A stretch of 64,000 nt of DNA from Gemmatimonadales bacterium (lineage in GTDB: Bacteria > Gemmatimonadota > Gemmatimonadetes > Gemmatimonadales > GWC2-71-9). Below the pieces are notes generated by a model. The model saw only the letters and a program-made list of their open reading frames with translations. It did not search any database and was not told where the DNA came from. Where the stretch lies: the NCBI GenBank assembly GCA_035488835.1, contig DATHKX010000057.1:21149-85148 (forward strand), in the 5' to 3' direction. This document shows, piece after piece, positions 58,017 through 64,000 of the stretch; the stretch's first letter is position 1, and each line of letters starts with the position of its first letter. The position numbers and the translations under genes were made by a program.

Positions 58017-58017
<1 letters not shown>
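57463..58017 (+). CDS. hpt: Hypoxanthine phosphoribosyltransferase
   Basis: LVLGLLKGSFIFLSDL and the PRPP motif LLVEDIVDTGKTL. The start was chosen at ATG 57463, giving 184 aa and overlapping the tilS end. Confidence 0.85.
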
Positions 58018-60002
<1,985 letters not shown>

Positions 60003-60066
60003 GCCACAGCGCCGCTCCCAGAGCAAGAAAATCGCACAGTTGCCGTAGGTGTTAGGATTGAGGGCC

Positions 60067-61260
60067 ATGGAAGCGAAGAACGCGGACCTCACGGCACTGC
60101 GCATCAACCGCTCACCCGAGCCCGCCGAGGCGGCGTCGTCCGGCCGCGCCCGGCGGTGGCTCACGATGGGACTGCCCGGCGCCACCATCCTGGTACTCGC
60201 GGCGGTCCTGCTGGTCCGCGGCGGCGCCCTTGGCTCCTCGCTCCCGGTGCACCTGACGCCCGCGACCATGGTATCGCCGATCCGCTCCGGCGCCGTCCTG
60301 GTCGCGAGCGGCTACGTCGTGGCCCAGCGCAAAGCCGCGGTCGCCTCCAAGGGCACGGGCCGGCTCGTCTATCTCGGCGTCGTCGAAGGGAACCGGGTGC
60401 GGGCTGGCCAGGTGATCGCCCGCATCGAGGACGCCGACGTCAAAGCCCAACTCGCCCAGGCCCAGGCCAACGTCCAGCTCAGCCGTGCCGAGCTGCACGA
60501 CGCCGAGCGGTCGTTGGCGCGGGAGCGCGTCCTCGGTGACAGCGGGGCCTCGTCGCAGGCGAGCTTCGACGCGGCGGAGTTCCGCTATCAGCGCGTGAAG
60601 GCCGGCATCGCGGCCGCGGAGGCGGCCGTGGATGCCGCGCAGGTGGCGCTCGAGAATACCGTGATCCGCGCGCCCTTCGATGGCACAGTGCTGACCAAGA
60701 ACGCGGACGTCGGCGAGGTGGTGGCGCCGCTCGCCGCGAGCGCATTCTCCAAGAGCGCCGTGGTCACGATCGCCGACCTGCGCTCGCTCCAGGTCGAAGC
60801 CGACGTCGCCGAGTCGAACCTCGAGGCGGTCAGCCCCGGCCAGCCGTGCGAGATCGTGCTCGACGCGTATCCCGACGCGCGCTATCCGGGTTCCGTCGCG
60901 ATGATCGTGCCCACGGCGGACCGCGCGAAGGCCACGGTGCAGGTGAAGGTGGCGTTCCGCTCCTATGACGCCCGGGTACTGCCGGAGATGAGCGCCAAGG
61001 TCCACTTCCTGCCGCGCCCGTCGCGCGTGGCCGTGGACACGCAGCTGGTCCTGGTCGTCCCGAGCACCGCGGTAGCCGAGCGAAACGGCCGCAGCGTCGT
61101 GTTCGTCGTAGAGCGGAACCGGGCGGTGGAGCTGCCGGTGGTCGTGGGCCGGCAGGTAGGGGCGTCCGTGGCCATCCGCGAAGGATTGCGTCCCGGCGTT
61201 CAGGTGGTCGACAGCGTCGGCGCCCGCCTGCGTGGCGGCGTCAAAGTCACCGTGCAGTAG
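60067..61260 (+). CDS. Efflux periplasmic adaptor subunit (HlyD/MacA family)
   Basis: N-terminal TM, coiled-coil hairpin region, RAPFDGTV lipoyl-like motif and a beta-barrel C-terminus. Confidence 0.85.
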   Translation: MEAKNADLTALRINRSPEPAEAASSGRARRWLTMGLPGATILVLAAVLLVRGGALGSSLPVHLTPATMVSPIRSGAVLVASGYVVAQRKAAVASKGTGRLVYLGVVEGNRVRAGQVIARIEDADVKAQLAQAQANVQLSRAELHDAERSLARERVLGDSGASSQASFDAAEFRYQRVKAGIAAAEAAVDAAQVALENTVIRAPFDGTVLTKNADVGEVVAPLAASAFSKSAVVTIADLRSLQVEADVAESNLEAVSPGQPCEIVLDAYPDARYPGSVAMIVPTADRAKATVQVKVAFRSYDARVLPEMSAKVHFLPRPSRVAVDTQLVLVVPSTAVAERNGRSVVFVVERNRAVELPVVVGRQVGASVAIREGLRPGVQVVDSVGARLRGGVKVTVQ

Positions 61261-61268
61261 AGGAGCTC

Positions 61269-61943
61269 ATGCCCAATCCGATCGTCCAGGTTCGCAGCGT
61301 CTCGAAGTCCTACCACCGCGACAGCATGGCGATTCCCGTGCTGCACGACATCTCGCTCGACGTTCCGGAGGGAGAATTTCTCGGCCTGATGGGCCCCTCG
61401 GGGTCGGGGAAGACCACGCTGCTGAACCTGATCGCGGGCATCGATCGCCCGGACGCGGGGGCGGTCACGGTCGCCGGCACCGACGTCACGAAGCTGAGCG
61501 AATCGGAGCTGGCCCGTTGGCGGGCCCGCCACATCGGGTTCGTGTTTCAGTTCTACAACCTGATTCCAGTGCTCACGGCCTACGAGAACGTCGAGCTGCC
61601 GCTGTTGCTTACCTCGCTCTCCAAGGCCGAGCGGCGCAAGCATGTCGAAACGGCGCTCGCGCTGGTCGGCCTGCAGGACCGGGTACACCATTATCCGCGG
61701 CAGCTCTCGGGCGGCCAGGAGCAGCGCGTGGCCATCGCGCGCGCCCTCGCGACCGACCCCACCATCCTCGTGGCGGACGAGCCGACGGGCGACCTCGATC
61801 GTAAGTCGGCCGAAGAGGTGCTCACGCTGCTCGAGCGGCTGAACAAGGAGTTCAAGAAGACCATCGTGATGGTGACGCACGATCCGCACGCGGCCGAGCG
61901 AGCGCACATCGTGCGCCACCTCGACAAAGGCGAGCTGCAATGA
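61269..61943 (+). CDS. ABC transporter ATP-binding protein (MacB/LolD type)
   Basis: Walker [10 protein letters not shown], signature LSGGQEQR and Walker [10 protein letters not shown]. Confidence 0.92.
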   Translation: MPNPIVQVRSVSKSYHRDSMAIPVLHDISLDVPEGEFLGLMGPSGSGKTTLLNLIAGIDRPDAGAVTVAGTDVTKLSESELARWRARHIGFVFQFYNLIPVLTAYENVELPLLLTSLSKAERRKHVETALALVGLQDRVHHYPRQLSGGQEQRVAIARALATDPTILVADEPTGDLDRKSAEEVLTLLERLNKEFKKTIVMVTHDPHAAERAHIVRHLDKGELQ

Positions 61944-61953
61944 TGGGGCGAGC

Positions 61954-63120
61954 GTGAAACTGCTCAAAATCGTTCTCAAGAACCTGTTCCGGCACCGGCT
62001 GCGCACGATCCTCACGATGCTGGGGATTGCCACGGCGGTGATGGCGTTCGGCCTGATCCGCACGATCGTGGGCGCGTGGAACGCCGGCGTTGCCGCGTCG
62101 GCCGAGAACCGGATGATCACGCACCACAGCGTGTCGTTCATCTTCCCGGTGCCGCTGCCGTACCGCCAGCAGATCGCGCGGATCCCGGGCGTGACCGCGG
62201 TGTCGTGGGCCAACTGGTTCGGCGGCGTGTACGGCGACCCCAACGATTTCAAGAACTTCTGGCCACGCCTGGCGGTGGACCCGGAGACGTTCTTCGATCT
62301 GTACCCCGAGTTCCAAGTGCCGTCGGATCAGCTCGCCGCGTTCAAGAAGGAGCGCAACGCCTGCGTCATCGGTCGCAAGCTGGCGCAGCAGCATGGCTTC
62401 AAGCTCGGCGACGCGATCACGATGGAAGGCGACATCTTCCCCGGTCGCTGGGAGTGGGTGGTCCGGGGGATCTACACGGGCCGGGACCAGACGGTGGATG
62501 AGACCCAGATGTTCTTCCAGTGGCTGTATCTGCGCGAGCAGGTCCAGCAGCGGGAGCCGGGCCGTCCGGTGGATGCGGGTTGGTACATCCTCCGGGTCGC
62601 GTCGCCGGACGCGATGCCGCGGGTGGCGACCGCCGTCGACGAACAGTTCCTGAACTCGCGCGCGCCGACCAAGACCGAGAGCGAGAAGGCGTTCCAGCAG
62701 AGCTTCGTAGCGATGTCGAGCGCCATCATCACGTCGATGCAGGTGATCTCGGTCGTGATCGTGGGCATCATCCTGCTGGTGCTCGCGAACACGATCGTGA
62801 TGGCGGTGCGGGAGCGGACGCGCGAGTACGCCGTGCTCAAGACGCTGGGCTTCTCCGCGCGACACCTCGTGGGCCTCATCTTCGGGGAGTCACTGCTCAT
62901 CGCCTTGTGCGGGGGCCTGGTGGGTGTGGCCCTCACGTTCCCCATGGTGGCGGGCTTCGGCAAGGCGCTCCCGACGTTCTTCCCAATCATCAACGTCGCG
63001 CCGCTCACGATCGCGCTGGCGCTCGGTGCCGCGCTCGTCGCCGGCCTCGTCGCGGCAGCGTTCCCCGCAACTCGAGTGGTGCGCACGCCGATTGTGGCCG
63101 GCCTGCGCACCGTGGGATAG
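61954..63120 (+). CDS. ABC transporter permease (MacB_PCD plus FtsX domain)
   Basis: GTG start. An N-terminal TM, a periplasmic domain, then three C-terminal TMs with the [11 protein letters not shown] motif. Confidence 0.85.
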   Translation: MKLLKIVLKNLFRHRLRTILTMLGIATAVMAFGLIRTIVGAWNAGVAASAENRMITHHSVSFIFPVPLPYRQQIARIPGVTAVSWANWFGGVYGDPNDFKNFWPRLAVDPETFFDLYPEFQVPSDQLAAFKKERNACVIGRKLAQQHGFKLGDAITMEGDIFPGRWEWVVRGIYTGRDQTVDETQMFFQWLYLREQVQQREPGRPVDAGWYILRVASPDAMPRVATAVDEQFLNSRAPTKTESEKAFQQSFVAMSSAIITSMQVISVVIVGIILLVLANTIVMAVRERTREYAVLKTLGFSARHLVGLIFGESLLIALCGGLVGVALTFPMVAGFGKALPTFFPIINVAPLTIALALGAALVAGLVAAAFPATRVVRTPIVAGLRTVG

Positions 63121-63129
63121 AGGACGCCG

Positions 63130-64000
63130 ATGCGGATTCCTTTCTCCTACATCTGGCGCAGCCTCTGGGCCCGTCGCCTGACGACCGTCCTGACGCTGGG
63201 CGGCGTGGCACTCGTGGTGTTCGTGTTCGCAGGCGTCCTGATGCTCGCGCGGGGCCTCGAGGCGACGCTGGTCGAGACGGGCTCGCCCGACAACGCGATC
63301 GTGCTGCGACGCTCGGCGGGCTCCGAGCTGGTGAGCCAGATCGATCGTGGGACGGCGAGCGTGCTGGAGACGCAGCCCGAGATCACCCCGGCCAAGGACG
63401 GCCGCCCGCTCTTGTCGCGGGAAGTCGTCGTCGTGATCAACCTGTTCAAGAAGACGACGAACGGGATGAGCAACGTCGTGGTGCGCGGCGTGTCGCCCCA
63501 AGCGTTCGAGCTGCGGCCCGGCGTCCGCATCACGGAAGGGCGCCCATTCCAGTTCGGTACCCACGAGATCGTCGTGGGGCGGAACATCTCGAGCCGGTTC
63601 AAGGGCGTCGCGCTGGGTGCCGACCTGGGGTTCGGCGGCGACCGCTGGACCGTGGTCGGGATCGCCGACGCCGGCGGCACGGGGTTCGACTCCGAGATTT
63701 GGGGGGACGCGGACCAGCTGATGCAGGCCTTCGGCCGGCCCGTGTACTCGTCGGCGACGTTTCGCCTGCGCGATCCGGCTCAGTTCGACGCCGTCAAAGC
63801 CCGACTCCAGGCCGATCCACGCTCCCAGTCTCTGGAGCTCAAGCGCGAGCAGGAGTTCTACCGCGAGCAGTCGCAGGCGATGGCCAAGTTCATCAAGATC
63901 CTCGGGCTCGTCGTGACCACCATCTTCAGCGTCGGTGCGATGATCGGCGCCATGATCACGATGTACGCCGCGGTTGCGAGCCGGGTCGTCGAGGTGGGGA
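63130..64000 (+). CDS. Second ABC transporter permease (FtsX/MacB type), 3' end outside the window
   Basis: Read by hand: MRIPFSYIWRSLWARRLTTVLTLGGVALVVFVF... stays open to the window end. It is absent from the track because no stop is reached. Confidence 0.8.
   Translation, partial: MRIPFSYIWRSLWARRLTTVLTLGGVALVVFVFAGVLMLARGLEATLVETGSPDNAIVLRRSAGSELVSQIDRGTASVLETQPEITPAKDGRPLLSREVVVVINLFKKTTNGMSNVVVRGVSPQAFELRPGVRITEGRPFQFGTHEIVVGRNISSRFKGVALGADLGFGGDRWTVVGIADAGGTGFDSEIWGDADQLMQAFGRPVYSSATFRLRDPAQFDAVKARLQADPRSQSLELKREQEFYREQSQAMAKFIKILGLVVTTIFSVGAMIGAMITMYAAVASRVVEVG

Overview
The window is a dense, very high-GC bacterial chromosome segment. A hand-counted 60-nt backbone sample gave 42/60 G+C. 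Most of it is housekeeping genes: gltX, purH/purN, selA, valS, thrS, a thiolase/hbd/acyl-CoA dehydrogenase/Leu-dehydrogenase block, rpiB, glyA, hsp20, lon, nnr, thiL, plsC, eno, ftsB, tilS, hpt, ftsH and a MacAB-like efflux set. Three tRNA genes are present: Ser-GCU, Ser-UGA and a CAU tRNA. Family content (DUF2723, PEGA, CRTAC1, a TIGR04138-like protein, many ...RLSAQ signal peptides) suggests a Gemmatimonadota-like organism, but that is inference only. Two regions stand out. (1) Region 4.9-12 kb looks like one operon. It holds three paralogous lipoproteins with a ZU5-like core that all end in HF[S/C]xYAV[A/S]W, which resembles an HFS-type autoproteolysis site. Each lipoprotein is matched to one homologous TPR module (two in a tandem-duplicated TPR protein, one fused to an HD-GYP domain), and an exported subtilisin follows. 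I could not match this architecture to a described system. (2) Region 14.7-19.3 kb is a low-GC island (47-50% in hand samples) built around tRNA-Ser(UGA). It carries a vWA / PP2C / Ser-Thr kinase triad of the TerY-P type. It also carries a roughly 1-kb relic integrative element bounded by a perfect 41-bp direct repeat of the tRNA 5' half, a decayed integrase and putative arm-type octamer pairs. A sister integrase relic sits at tRNA-Ser(GCU). Smaller oddities are a 24-bp-arm CCCGGG-rich palindrome embedded in frame in purH, with a half copy in front of the Leu-dehydrogenase gene, and a catalytically dead M42 peptidase paralog. No CRISPR array, rRNA or intact transposase was seen. Many long ORFs in the six-frame track are GC-driven antisense or off-frame shadows and were not called.
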